Shown piece after piece: positions 34,801-48,725 of a stretch of DNA of 64,000 bases. The notes under the pieces were generated by a model that saw only the letters and a list, made by a program, of their open reading frames with translations, was not told where the DNA came from and ran no database searches. Within the stretch, counting starts at the first letter, position 1, and every line of letters begins with the position of its first letter. The stretch comes from Hormiphora californensis (taxonomy: Eukaryota > Animalia > Ctenophora), in NCBI GenBank assembly GCA_020137815.1, contig CM035352.1:6634001-6698000 (forward strand), given 5' to 3'. Position numbers and translations under genes: made by a program.

Positions 34801-37800
34801 ACTACCGGGCTGCTCATGTGCACATCAAGCTTCAGTCTGTGTCCGTGCCGGGGTAGCACTTGGTATTGCCCCGTTACTGTACCCGCCCTGTTCGCCTTGG
34901 GGAGGTGTGAGGTGTGAATTGTGAGTCATACAGCAGTTTTGTAAGTAAGTATGTGATATTCCAAGTTTAGCCCCCTCCCTTGTATGGCTAACACCACATT
35001 TTATGTCATAGATCAACCCCGGCCCCTGTATATTATCGACCACTCTATTGATACCTGAATTCGGTATTTACCTGAAGAGAAGTGTCAAGGGTCATAAAGT
35101 GGTCCAGAAATGCCAAGGTCTCCGCCAGGAATCGTTTTGTGTGAACATAACGAATAGAACTGAGGTGTAACTGCAGGGTGGAATCACAGCTTCTTTCCAA
35201 GTTCTTATCCTCAGCTTTGTATTTCCTTAATTCAAACTGTAGGGCCTCCTGGCCAAGAATGGTGAATTTCTCCCTGTATAGGCCAGCAGTGGGAGACTGA
35301 TCGTGAATACTAAGGTTACCCATGCGACCCTGACAGTCGATATATTGAGGGTGGGAACTGAGATGAAGGGTCACTTCTTCTATCCGGAAAAGAGCCAGAG
35401 GGTAGTTTTTCTTGTGGAGTGTTACATTCCATTCTTTGACTTGGAACAGAATCCGCCGACCGTGGTTCTCTTCCGGGGTGCTCTAGAGGGGAAACAAGAA
35501 TTATACCATTGATTTGATAAGAGTGATTAAAGAGAAAAAACGATTTTGCAGTACTAACAGTTAATATTCAATTAAGAGCAGGAGCTTTCGACTGATCTAT
35601 GTCAGACGTCTTCAACTATAAAAGTGGTTGATAAGAGTGGTTGCCATGGGAATTGGATTCTTGTCAAAATATGATTACAGTATGTACCTCTGCAGCAGCA
35701 ATTTTTGTCGAATCACCCATTTCGTTTAGGAAATCGTTCACTGCTTGTTTCCCTCTTACCACCCGGTCAGAGCTTGCACCGGGGGAAATCTTCAGAAAGT
35801 CAAGGAGCATAGCCAGTGTCTGTGGGTTAATGTTCATATCTACACAGTTTAAATCTACCACTGCTATCTTTCCTTCTTCCTAGCAGAGAGAATGATATTA
35901 ATAGAGAGATATGGAGAGAATATAGGAAGAGAGGGAGAGAACTGAGAGAGCAAATAGAATGTAAGAGAAAGATAAGTTTAGCATGCTCAATGACCAGTTT
36001 GTTTACACCGTGAGTGTATTACAGGATGTAACATATCAAGAAGCTAACCTCAAGTTCCGGTAGATAATCAGATATCCGGATACTGACAAGGGCCTCCATG
36101 TTGCTCCCTTTCTTGTGAGGGGAAGGTACAACTGCACCCGCTGGTCCCTGGGCTGCGAGACTTCCTATAACAGGGGGATCGGTCGTGGAACAAGTGCTAA
36201 CAATGCGCGCATTTGTGGTTTTGTAAGTTTTGTGTCCGCGCGCCGTACTTATTTAGGCTCTTTTGGACTCTGGGGATTTTGGGGTTGGTCCAATAGAAAT
36301 TCTAAGGTCACACTCACATCAGGCTCAGCTGATGTCTGAGTTACCCTCTACACACACAGGCACTTTGGAATGCATGATTTATCAGCTCCACCACAGTGAG
36401 ATAACCGTGATAATCAAATATCACATATATTTACTGTCGACAATCGAGTGACAAATAGAGTTAACTTGTCACTGTGACAAGGGGCTTATTTATACAATTA
36501 AATTGTGTAAGTTATATAGATTTAATAATAACTGTGACAAGTTAACTCTATTTGTATCATGGACACCTAACGAGATGAAATATATGCTATCTACCAGGTC
36601 CTGATTTGTAAGATATATCCCTGCTATCGAGTGGTACACATACCTGCTCTAGATTTCTTGGGAGTGAAATACTCAGTCGTCGGGGGTAGGCGGTCCTTGT
36701 GTCGACTTTTAAACAGATGCCGAGCTGGACTATCCTTCTTGACAAGCTTGTCAATCACGTCAACTTTCTCCAGTGTCACGAAGATGTCTTGTAGCTTCTT
36801 TTCTCTGAGACAGGTTGGAATTAGCTTGTCACAAATTTTAACGTCCCTAACTAATATAAGTTGGTTAAAACCCTCCAACTAGTTCTGAAGAAGTCACATA
36901 TTAACATTTATTTAAAACTCACTTTAGTCCCGAGACAGAGAATCTCTCCAGCCATATCTCGGCCAGTTCGGGTTTAGTTTTGTCCAGTAGATCACCCTGT
37001 AGCAGGACCAAAACGGAGGGTAGAGTGAACTCCCACTCGACTCCTGTACAGAGTGTGTGTGTGTGTGTGTGTGAGGGGGGGGGGGGTATACAGGATGTGT
37101 ATATGTTGTACCAGTTGCAATTCTAGTCTGTTTACTACCCCACTGGGATGCTTGCCAGATTTAATCAAGTGACTTCTATCTCTCTTACGTTAGAGAACAC
37201 TGGTTGTTATGTATTTATTGACATGATATGTCATATGTCATAATATGATGTTATGTGTTTATTGACGTATGAAGATTAGACAAAACAACAGTGTTTTATT
37301 ATTATGTTTTGGTACAAAATGATAACCCACGTTTTGACTTCTTGGTCACTGCTGCTTCCTCTCCACGGTTTAGGGAAAGTGTTCTCATCCTGTGTTTTGG
37401 TGCTTTAAAATACGTAGCGTACCTGAAATGGTAATAGTAGTATTAAATAGTAGTACCTGAGCTGTAGCAGTAAGTAGTATTAAATTTCTTAAATAATTGG
37501 ATTGAAAGAACAATGGTAGCGATAGAGACTACTACTTCTGCAGTAATATCGAGTACCTATACTCTCTATTACAATCTTGGCCTCACAGCACGTGGTGCAT
37601 TACATTTCTAATCAGCAAAGATTAATGATGATCTGTTCTTGACGTAAAATATAATCGTTACTTCAAATGGTGAATAATATTCAACGCTGCTATCTAAACT
37701 TTGCTCTCCTTTCTCTCAAAAGCACAACAATATTTACCGTGTCGTTTCGATGATCTGCTCGTAGAGAAGTTTGGAAAGGGTAACCTGAATGCCCTGGGGT

Positions 37801-39384
37801 ATCTTGGCTTTTACTTCCAGACTCGTCTGAAACATATAAGGGTTCATTTTCATGAGTTTCTCGGTGACTTGTACCGAGTGATAGATAGCCAGAGGATAGC
37901 AATGTAACGTTATATCACGTCTTTAAATATCAAAATTTAAATTAGATCATAGGAGTGGATGTGGCATTTAGGGCTTTATGGAATTACGGGGATTGAAATA
38001 GAGTGGGGATGAAAATAATGTGGCTTGTCTCGTAAAATCCAGGTTTTTTAATTTAGTCGATTGTAGGTTTCTGTCTCGTGCTGAGACAGAAGCCACTGTT
38101 AGACTAAACCAAAATAAGTACCAGTCAGCCCTCATATATATTTTACCACATCTTATTCCAGCCCAGCAGTAATTACAGAGTAAAACTACAAAGTAGTTAA
38201 TTATACCCACATGTCTCGAATATGTGGCTATCGTTTAAGTGCTGTCCTTACACCACGGCCTACTCTTGTGTTTCCTTACTCCTTAGCATATTTTATATCA
38301 CTTTTATATGCTCTTAATTCTTATCTTCCCTTTTTCCTATAGTTTTCGTAATGTATGGAAATGAATTAATTGTTAAACCTCTCGGACCAAATATCAGTGT
38401 TGCCCTTTGAAAGATAATACTCTCTATGCGTGACCCGCTTGATCTCTACGCCTAACAAGCATGATCAAATGCTTTCTTTGTCAGGGTGGGGTGGGGGCTG
38501 AATAGTGCTCAGTGAGTAGGCACATTTAGTGAGGTGGTTAGATCTATTGTTCTTACTAATTTACTCACCGTTTCAGCGGTTACATCCACCAGTAGATCAG
38601 TATTGTGTAGTATAGGTAGCGTCTCCTCCTCCCCACTCCCCCTGACCGCATACAAGTGTATCTGTACAACCTCAACCTTCACACTTCCACCACCCTCCCT
38701 CGTGCTCCTTCCTCTCACAGTCACGTTCCCTAAATGCCCCTCTAGTCTCTGCTCACTGTTTGGACACCGTGGAAGTGCCACTACCGGGCTCCGAGCGGCT
38801 ATTGTGAACTCGACAGTTTTGTAGTTTAGTGCCCGTGAGGCAGCTTCTGTTGCTTTGGAGGAGATTTGAGATAGTTGCTCCTCTACTAGGATGAGGAGAC
38901 TGTTACCACTGGCAACCACACTTGACACTAGATCTGGGGAGTGATGGTAACGGAGTGTTCCCATGGTAACAGATATTGATGTTGTTGTTGATGTATCCAG
39001 GGAGGAGACATCCAGTGCTTCTTCTTTTTCTCTGAAAAATAGGGCGGGGTTAGAAAGAACAGAATTGTGACAAGAAACACATGATTTGGTGGTCATATTG
39101 CGTTATGATTGGTGGGGTATACCAGGTGGGGACAATATATTGGCAGAAAAGATAGTTCTAGAATGAAAATTATCACACATACATTTCTCCCATTTCCAAA
39201 ATACATCGCTCTCCATCTGTTTCCCTGAGCTCGATCCTGGCGACAGAAAACTCTAACTTGTCTTTAGCCCGGGCAAGTGTCACACCGAGCATTGATGCTG
39301 AACCGATCCTAGCTCCAGCTGTTCTGGTGTCAAGCAGCCCCAGTGATATCTGCTCTATACTGACCTGGCTGGAGAGAGAGAGAG

Positions 39385-39456
<72 letters not shown>

Positions 39457-42400
39457 GTCTAGATCATCTATACTATATAGAGGATTGCTAGGGTCTATAT
39501 CGCTCTCCTCTCGCTATATATCTCTATCTCTCTCTCTCCTCTCCTTCTTTCTTCTCTTCTTGCTCTCTCTCTCCTCTGCCCTCTCTCTCTCTACTTTCTC
39601 TCGCTCCTCTCTCTCTCTCTCTCTCTCTCGCCTCTCTCTCTCTCTCTACTCTCCCTTCCTATACCCTACCATCTCCTCTCTCTCTCTCTGCTCCTCCTTC
39701 TCTCTCCTCGTCTCTCTATATCTCTCTCTCTCTCACTCTCTCTCTTGCTCCCTCTCTTTCTTTCGCGATGGCATTGCGAAAAAGCGCGCACCTTTACGTG
39801 GTCTAGAACTAAAAACAGATCGGTTAACTCGTTACCACCCGATAGCAGGCTTCTCCAGTTCTCCTTACTACGACAGTGAACTTAGGTAATCACCATGATT
39901 ATAACCAGTGGTCCAGGAGAGAAAGAGAGTGAGAAGGAGAGGGAGAGAGAGAGAAAGAGAGAGAGGTGGAACTGGCTGCGTTTTTATACCACCAAGCATA
40001 ATTAACTACAGCTGTTCTACGGAAACGCATATATATTCGCATTTGGTAATATCGCCGACCATTGGTAGATTTTGAATTTTTCACCCGATCGTTAATTGGC
40101 CGCTTTACAATTTACATATATTCAGGCTGAAATACCATATTTATTCTCGTCGTGTCCTAGTTACCTTGACTGTGTAAACCCATTCGTCCTCCCTCTTGCC
40201 CTCCTCAGTTATCATCACTACTCCCTCCTTCCTGTTCCTCCCGTGCAGCTGCTAAACGCCGGGTAAATCCGAGTAGTTGGGCCACAGTGTTATGGTGGGG
40301 CTAGTACCTCAAGGATAGTTCATTCGCACCTCTAACTTGCCGGGAGGAGAGAGTTCGCGTGGCTACCGGGTAATCGGGGCCTGTTTCTATCACCTATTAG
40401 AAGAGGGAGGGGTACAGTTATCGTACATTCGGTGTTTTATAACTGTTCATGTTGGACAAACACACATGAACTATTATCCAGGAACCGACCGAATCAGGAA
40501 ATACTGGTCCCTGATTGGCTGATAACCAGTCACGTGACCTAAATAATGAGTTCTGATTGGTTGTTTACTTGTTTCGGTCGGTTCAGCTGCTATTATCCCC
40601 ATGAGACTCAATAATATCCAACCGATACATAATTTATTGTATAATTATCCCAGCTTTAGATATTACCCCCCCCCCCCCTCTTTACGCACATGATTTGTGG
40701 CCTAGTACTCTGTCTATAATTTTTATGGGGACGTGTTTATATGACCACCATGTCATTATGCCACACATTTAGTGTGGCCCCACTGATCTCCTTAATAGAT
40801 TACCCGCAAACCCCTTGTGAGCTCCCCATAAAATATAGCGGCGTAGTAAAAGGAAATCCCTCTCAGCTTTTTTAAAACATATGCAAATTTGCGATGCTTT
40901 GTTTAGTTCAAACCATTAAAACACCTTTTTTAATACATTTTTTTTTGGTGAGCTTAGTAAGGGGTAATTGTTACACTACTGGCCCTGCAAAACAATTTGC
41001 CAGCTCAAAACGCTTTGGGGCGTTTTGATTTTTTCTCCTAGCTCCCCTTTTTTTGACGGAATTTCTTTTTCGACATATCTTCAATATAGTGTTTTGTCGG
41101 ATTAGGGTGCAAATAAAATTTTAAACCTCTCGCAAGTCTTGGAACGTATTCCTAAATGTATTTGGGTTTTATTTATGAGTCCCAATATGATCATGTAAGC
41201 TAGGTCCCCCTTTTTTTTTAATTTTAAACCCCCCCTTTTTTATACTTCATTTCATTTCATTTTCTACCTGCCCCTAATAGGGCTCCCCAGTTGACCAGGG
41301 GGCCGTAACCCGGGAAAATTTTTATTTTAAAACGCCTCTCTTGGCCTCTCTAGTTGATAACACACTCAGGGGGGGAAAAAAAGAGAAGAATCGGGGTCAA
41401 GGGTCGTTTTTTTGAGGCAATCCCAACATAATGTGTAGGTTCCCGGTTTAGTCTGGTTCCATGTGTACTGTGGGGATATCTTTTCAACGGGGGCCTTTAC
41501 ATCAATAGGTGGGGCAGAGAGGAGGGATTTGGGTTAACCCTTTTCTTTTAACTCTGACTAAAGGGGTTTGTTTTGGGGAAGAGGGGGGGGGAGGGAGGGT
41601 TCAGGGTTTTTTCCGCTTGTAGCTCTGGAAAAAGGGTTGTTGTTTTAGAGGGGGGGGGAAAGGGGTTGGGCCCCAGAGGGGGGGGGTGGGGGGGGGGGAA
41701 AAGGGGTTTTAGTTTTTTTTGTTGGGTAGAGGTTTTTTGGGGGAGGAGGGGGGGGGGGGAAATTTTAAAAAGGGGGGGTTTTTTAGGTTTCGATCCTAAG
41801 GTATTGTATAATTATCCCACTTTAGATATTACCCCTCCCCCCCTCTTTAGACGCGAACATGTTTGTGGCTAGTACTCTGGCTATAATGTTGAGTTGGTTT
41901 GTTTAAATGCCACGTTCATTATGACCACCGTTTAGACAGTGTGGCCCGAACTTGATCTCCTTAATATGAGAGTTACCCGCAAGCCCCCTGTGAGCGGCTA
42001 GTACATAAAATATAGCGGCGGCAGTGAAAGGGAAATCCCTCTCAGCTTTATTAACATATGCAAAGTTGGGATGCTTTGTTTAGTCGACCATTAAACACTT
42101 ACTATACCACATTTTATTTAGTTTATAGTATGGTGTAGCTTAGTAAGGGGTAATTGTTACACTACTCGGCACATGCAAAACAATTTGCACAGCTCCAAAT
42201 CGCTTTGCCGTTCCGTTCTCACTTTTGCTCATAGCGCCACCTTGTTTTGTCTTACAAAAGACGGAGATATTGCTATTCGACTATTATACTAACAATATAG
42301 TGTTAGTCGGATATAGGTTGCAAATAAAATTTCAAACCTCCCGCAAGTCTCGGAGACTTATATTCTAATGCAATATTCATGTGTTTGATTTATGAGTCCC

Positions 42401-45400
42401 AATATGATCATGTAAGCTAGGTCCCCATTTGTTATGTTGTAACCCTCCTTTACATTTGTTTCCCCGTGCGGGACGCGGTGAAACAGGGTCTAGCAATTCA
42501 AGGCAAGTCCCCATTACATTTCATTGCTTGATATATGAGTCCCAATATGATAATGGGATGATAATACAAGACAAATCCCCATTTCATTTCATTTTCTTAC
42601 CTGCACCATAATCAGAGCATCCCCAGTTGACCACTGGTCTGTCACTGGGAAACTTCTCATTGTCATGTACGCCTCATCTTGGACCTCCCTAGTCTGATCA
42701 CACACGCTCAGAGTGGAGATAAGGAGGGAGAGATCAGAGTCGAAGGGTCGTTTTGTGTAGGCCAACTCCACGTCGTCTATGTGTAGTTCCAGGTTTAGTC
42801 GGGTTCCATGCCGTACTGTTGTGGATATCTTTTCAACGTGGACCTTTACATCAATCAGGTGGGCAGAGAGGAGAGATTCAGGGTTCACCGTGCTTTGTAG
42901 ACTCTGAGAGAGAAGGGTTGTTAGTTGTAGTGAGGAGAGACTCTGATATAGAGGGAATTGGCCCTGGGGCGCTTGCCAGCGCTGTGAAATAAGTTCATGT
43001 GTTGCCACGTTCGATATGAGTCTAATGATCAATTAGTCGATGCAATTTGTCTATACCATTGCATCGACTGATTAAGAAAATATATCTGGTGAGGTGATTT
43101 CTAAGATGGTATGTCAAGCACTGTTGTCTGTTGTTTAACAACACAGGTGTTATTAACATCTAGCTTCCTATATGGGTTCCGCTTCTACTACCAACATGTA
43201 GAGATGTAGTCATGTGTTAAAACTGCTATATAACTCTTCTGATCTTTTCTTTTTTGCCGCTATTCCCTGTGCAAGCTCTATGGATTTATCTCAATGAATT
43301 TCTCTCAATATATCCACTTTATATTAATCATCTTTGATCTCTCATGATTGTTTACTAGCACAACATGAGCTGTACGTTGCTGTGCAGTAGTGAGGCTAAT
43401 CGTAGCTGAATGTCTAGCGTCTTATGTCTATTGTGTAATTGTGCGTTGGAAATAGTCAATAGAACAATCTAGAACCATGAATTGCATCCAGTTCTATTAT
43501 ATAGTTCTGGTTGGACGATACTAACGATCGTGTAGACTGGACTAATATACATGTAGTATGCAGTATACTCCACTTGATTCAGTCCCGTTACCATTGCCCT
43601 GATACAGGTGGGACTGTATAAACGATTCCCGGTGCTTACAACCCTGTGATTCAGCTTTTCTTTCTCGAGCAACTGCAACACTCTGCTTTTCTTTCACACA
43701 CTCCCTTTCGTAACTCCGCGGATATGTTTCCTTAATCCCATGGATATGTCACGCTACTAACAGCGTAACAGGTGCTATACCAAATATGCCACACCCAGGG
43801 AGTTCACATTTTAATGTGTTAAAATGTAGCAAGTTAAGCAATGTTTATTTGAAATCTTTTTATTTCACTCTTCATGTTTTTGATTTTGCGGGCTTTAAAT
43901 GTTATTTTGCGGTTCTAAAATCTGTACCACATATAACACCAGCTGTAGCTGCAATTAATTATCCAATTTATGAATTATTTTATAACAGTCTTCTCTTGAT
44001 GTACTCAGTTTCAATCAGTTTTGAATACTAATACTACTGCGGCATTGAACAATAAATTATGGTTTATGAGGAAGGGAGGGGGGGGGGGTTCTCTCACAAT
44101 ATTTGAACTCTCAACTCCAAATGATAAAACTCACAGATGCGATGATGACTGGCTGGTCTGGATTTAGTTCTGTATTAGCAGCCTGTCGATCTGCCTTCTC
44201 CCCGGTCTTGATTTTTCGTAACACCCGCAACAAGGACCTGTATCAGGGGGTAGGATATGGAGAGGGAGAGAGAGAGAGGTAGAAAGAGAGAGATAGATGG
44301 AGAGAGAGAGAGAGAGTGTGTGAGAAAGAGTGAGAGAGAGAGAGAGAGCGCGCGAGCTATAAATTGAAAGACTAAATTTGAGAGAGAGACGAAAAAGGAG
44401 TTGTGCGTGACTAAGATCAGGGGGCACGTGTAGGATAGGGCACGATATAGAGCACGAGCTAGTGTCCCATATTCCCTAAATAATCGCTACCGCGCGGCCC
44501 AAAAAAAACTAAGGGTACGTTGGCCTTCTTTTCTCCTAGAAATTTAATTTCAATCACTCTGATATTTTGTCACAATATTTGTATGGTTACTCATTCGAGG
44601 AATCCGGAGTTTCAGCCCTCTGGATGAAAATTCATTTTTTTTCGCCTGCATGAACATTTAATGAACGCCAAAACAGGACCATATTTTGGTACCAAAGTTT
44701 TACAAATTTGTTTGGCTATCGATTTACTTTCGAACGCGACCAGTTTGGGCTTAATTGGATCACCACAAGAATCACAGTGACCAGTTTACCTAGTCTAGGT
44801 TGGGTCATGTGATCCCCATCAAATTATGACGTGTTAGCAAGAGAACTTACATTCTAACGGACGCTGTATCGGTATACCGTCCTAATTAGCAGATGTGATA
44901 CGTGATACGCGACCGTTACACCTGCTGATTGGCACTTAGTAATGACGCTAGCGGTCCAATAGGGGTCACTTGACCAGACCTAGTGTCGGAAAAGTGGCCA
45001 CTGTGTCTCTTGTGGTGGTCCAATTGAGCTAAAATTAGTCGCGTTTGAAAGGAAATCGTTACCCAAAGGCGACTGTGAAATTCCGGTTTGGAATACCATT
45101 TTTGTTTTCAAGTTCATTTAGGATTCATTCCAGTTGTAAAAATGAATGTTTAGATAGAGGGCCGAAATTCTAGCTAATATCAATATCGATCAAGTGTAAT
45201 GGCCATACGAATTTTTAGCGCCTGAATTTACCAATTTCTTGTCAAAACGGGTTAAAATCGATGTTTGGTAAAAATGATCGTTTTTTAATCATTTATTTCA
45301 CCAACTAAACTTGATTCATTTTTAATAAAAACTCGGATTGCCATTTATTATTGTTTACTCTAATGCATGGCTGCTATTTTTAAGAATAAAATCGAATTTA

Positions 45401-48400
45401 ACCATGAGAAAACGTGGAAAAACCCGAAAAACGAGAAATTGGGTTCATTCATGAACTTCACACTTTTATGTTTTGAAACTGCGGATTCCTCGAATGAGTA
45501 ACCATACAAATATTGTGACAAAATATCAGAGTGATCGAAATTAAACTTCTGGGAGAAAAGAAGGCCAACGTACCCTTAGTTTTTTTTGGGCCGCGCGGTA
45601 TTACTATAGACACTCTCTACATAGTAACAGCTCTATAATAGTATTAGCATATTAGCATATATATCTAAAGGTATGGGTGTGACTATGTGATGAATTCCAC
45701 TTCGAAATATTTCATATTCGATTTAGTCGAGTCTGTTTTTCCCTTTCTTTTAGTTTGATATGTAGTTACAAAATTCATTTGTTTCAGTTAGGTTAAGAAG
45801 CTATCAATCAAACCTCGATTTACGCGAGGGGACGGGGTTTTGCACGGTAAATCGAGGTTTGACTCACGTAACACTATCCAGTTGAAGAGCAAAGGAAAGT
45901 TTGGGGACGTTTGCTGTTAGCAGTAGGTTTGGGTGAAGGGGATCCAGACTGAACACCAGTCTTCGTTCCAATCGGAGGTTCAGGGAGAAAGGGTCTAGAA
46001 TTTGACCATCAGTCAGTCCGCTAATTCCTTCCGATAGACTGTCAAACCGGCCAGCGTGGACAGTCAAATCACTCAATTGGAGGGTGAAATTCTCATACAG
46101 GTCGTCTGAGATTGAACCTGAAAACGAAATAAATTATCGGTAGGATGAAGACTGTAAAATGTGGTAATTTTGCTGTCAGCTGGCCACACTATAGTTAGGT
46201 GTAAATGTGACCCTCCTTATCACACTCCCCCCTTCTTTTGTTCATTTATAACAAGTCACGCTCCCCTACACTTACGATTAGTGCTTAGAGGTAGGGTAGG
46301 CACATGCGGCATTGAGAGGAGGTCAGAGAGGGAGCTATTTGGGGTAGAGGGAGGTGTACTGAAGTTAGAATCTGATCCGTTCGTATCAGACCTCTGTTGA
46401 GTCCGCAGCAATCCTGGCATGTTATCCACTATCACCTGGGAGGGAGGTGAGGGTGAGGTAGAGAGGGTGAGGGAGGGAGGGAGGGAGAGGGAGGGAGGGA
46501 GGGAGGGAGGGAGGGAGGGAGGGAGGGAGGGAGGGAGGGAGGGGGTGAGGGAGGGAGGGAGGGAGGGAGGGAGGGAGGGAGGGAGAGGGAGGGAGGGAGG
46601 GAGGGAGGGAGGGAGGGAGGGAGGGAGGGAGGGAGGGAGGGAGGGAGGGAGGGAGGGAGGGAGAGGGAGGGAGGAGGGAGGGAGGGAGGGAGGGAGGGAG
46701 GGGGAGGAGGGGAGGGAGGGAGGAGGGATGGGAGATGACGGGAGGGAAGGGAGGGGGGCCCGGGGGGAGGGAGGGGCCCGGGAAAGGGAAAAGGGAAAAG
46801 GGGAAAAGGGCGGGGGGGGTTGGCGGGGGGAGGGGGGGGGGAAGGGGGGGGGGGGGGGGAGGGAGGGAGGGGGGGGGAAGGGGAGGGAGGGAAAATCCCA
46901 AAGGGTGGGACGGGGGGGGGAAGGGGAGGGCCTTCCAGGGGAAGGGAAAGGGTTTTGGGGGGGCAGGGGGGGGGAGGGGGGGGGGGGGGAAAGGGGGGGG
47001 AGGGGGGGGAGCGGGGGGGGAGGGAGGGAGGCGCGGGGGGAAAGGGCGGGGGAAAAGGGAAGGGGAGGGAGGGGGAGGGGGGAAGGGGGGGGAAAGGGGG
47101 GGGAGGGAGGGGGGGAGGGAAAAAAGGGAGGGGGGGCCCCCGGGGGGGGCCGGGGGGGGGGAGGGAGGGAAAGGGGGGGGGAAGGGGGGGAAGGGAGGGA
47201 GGGGGGGAGGGGGGAGGGAGAGGGGGGGAAAAAGGGCTAAGTTTCAAATATGGAAATTTACCAACTAGAAAAAAAGGGGGGGCGATCTACCGATCGCAAA
47301 TCGAGGGTTTCTTTTTCCATATTTTTTGATGTTTTTTTCCGGGGTTTTTTGTTTTGTTCTTTTTCTCTGTCCCCTGTCTCTGTCTCGTCTCTGTCTCGGT
47401 TCGTTTGTCTTTTGTCTCGGTTCTGTTTTCTCTTTTTCTCTTTGGCTATGTCACCCTTCTTTGGTCTATACCCTTTAATCCTCTCGTTACTTTTTCCCTT
47501 GTCTATGTTCGGGTTCCGTCATGTCTCTTTGTTTGGTCTCTGTCTTCTTTTTGTCCCCCGGGTTCCCCCAAAACCCCTCTCTCCCCCCCTAAAATTCTCA
47601 TCTCTCTTTCTTTTCTTTTCCCCTTCTCTCTCTGGGTTTTTCCCTTTTATGTTATGTGATGTGTTTTCCGTCTTTTTTTTCCTCTCTCTCTTTCTCTCCC
47701 TTTTATGTTTGTGATGTGACCCCTCTAGTTCGCAAGCACTTGTGATACGTGATACCTACGAATCACGTCGTCACACTGACGGATCACGTCGTCACACTGA
47801 CGGATCACGTCGTCACATTGACGGATCACGTCGTCACATTGACGATAGGGTGTCACATTTCCGTGCAAATTTGCATTAGATATAGTTAGATTCATGGTAA
47901 TTTCAGTGTAAAACCATGTGTTTTTATTTAAAACTCCTTCGTCCCCCTTGAATCAACGCATCACGCGAGTTAAATAAATTCAGTTGTTGCCGAGCAGTTT
48001 GTGGTTGATGTCGGAACTCTCTAAAAACTCGTTTTAGTAGGCCCAGCTGCATGGGAAAAGTCGGGTACTGGACTTAGGCCAATGTACCGACGTGAATTAT
48101 AAAAAGTTTATTGGTCCCCTAGTTTTATGCAGCTTTATGTAGCTTTCTTTAGCATTAATTTTAATTGAAAATTATAGCTCGTGATGTGCACATGTGGCTA
48201 CATATAATTGTGACGCTGCTGTAACAGTACGGTTTGTTACACGGCCTATCAAGACAGTGCTGTGTGAAATTAGGAATGTCACACACATGACACACAGTAT
48301 AGATGAATGTAATTAGTTTGTTGTGGCGATTGTTGTGACATTTTGGGAGCTCTCTCTCCCGATCCAGGACATGGATAATCTCATTCAGGCATATTTTCAG

Positions 48401-48653
48401 AAGTCAGTTTCCTCTTTCTCGCTGTATTCAATTTATTTCGTAGTAGTGGAGATTGGGAAGAGAATGAAGATCGAACATAATATGATGAAGAGTGATAAAA
48501 GAGAGCGATAGATTTTATTTTATTTGATTTGAAAAAGGTAAATATCGACTGACTCAAATTACCCGACTGACTCAAAATATGTTGCAATAAATGCCACTAA
48601 GGCCCGAGTGTTTACTACGTACTTACTACGGGAGAGAGAGTGAGAGAGAGAGT

Positions 48654-48725
<72 letters not shown>

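Noticed and set aside
37300-37910. Possible extra nested gene
   Set aside because: Segments splice as VPS13D exons (TSLEVK..LSKLLYEQII; RYATYFK..)
39258-39889. ER- and SL-rich ORFs
   Set aside because: Microsatellite translations; the only coding part is a minus-strand VPS13D exon
40630-41800. Apparent tandem duplicate of 41800-42900 including a VPS13D exon
   Set aside because: The first copy decays progressively into homopolymer-rich noise, typical of a low-quality read assembled beside the true copy
46419-47714. Gly/Arg-rich, Pro-rich and Phe-rich ORFs
   Set aside because: Products of the (GGGA)n tract and adjacent garbled low-complexity sequence
48323-48511. Small plus-strand ORF
   Set aside because: No recognisable motif or convincing gene structure
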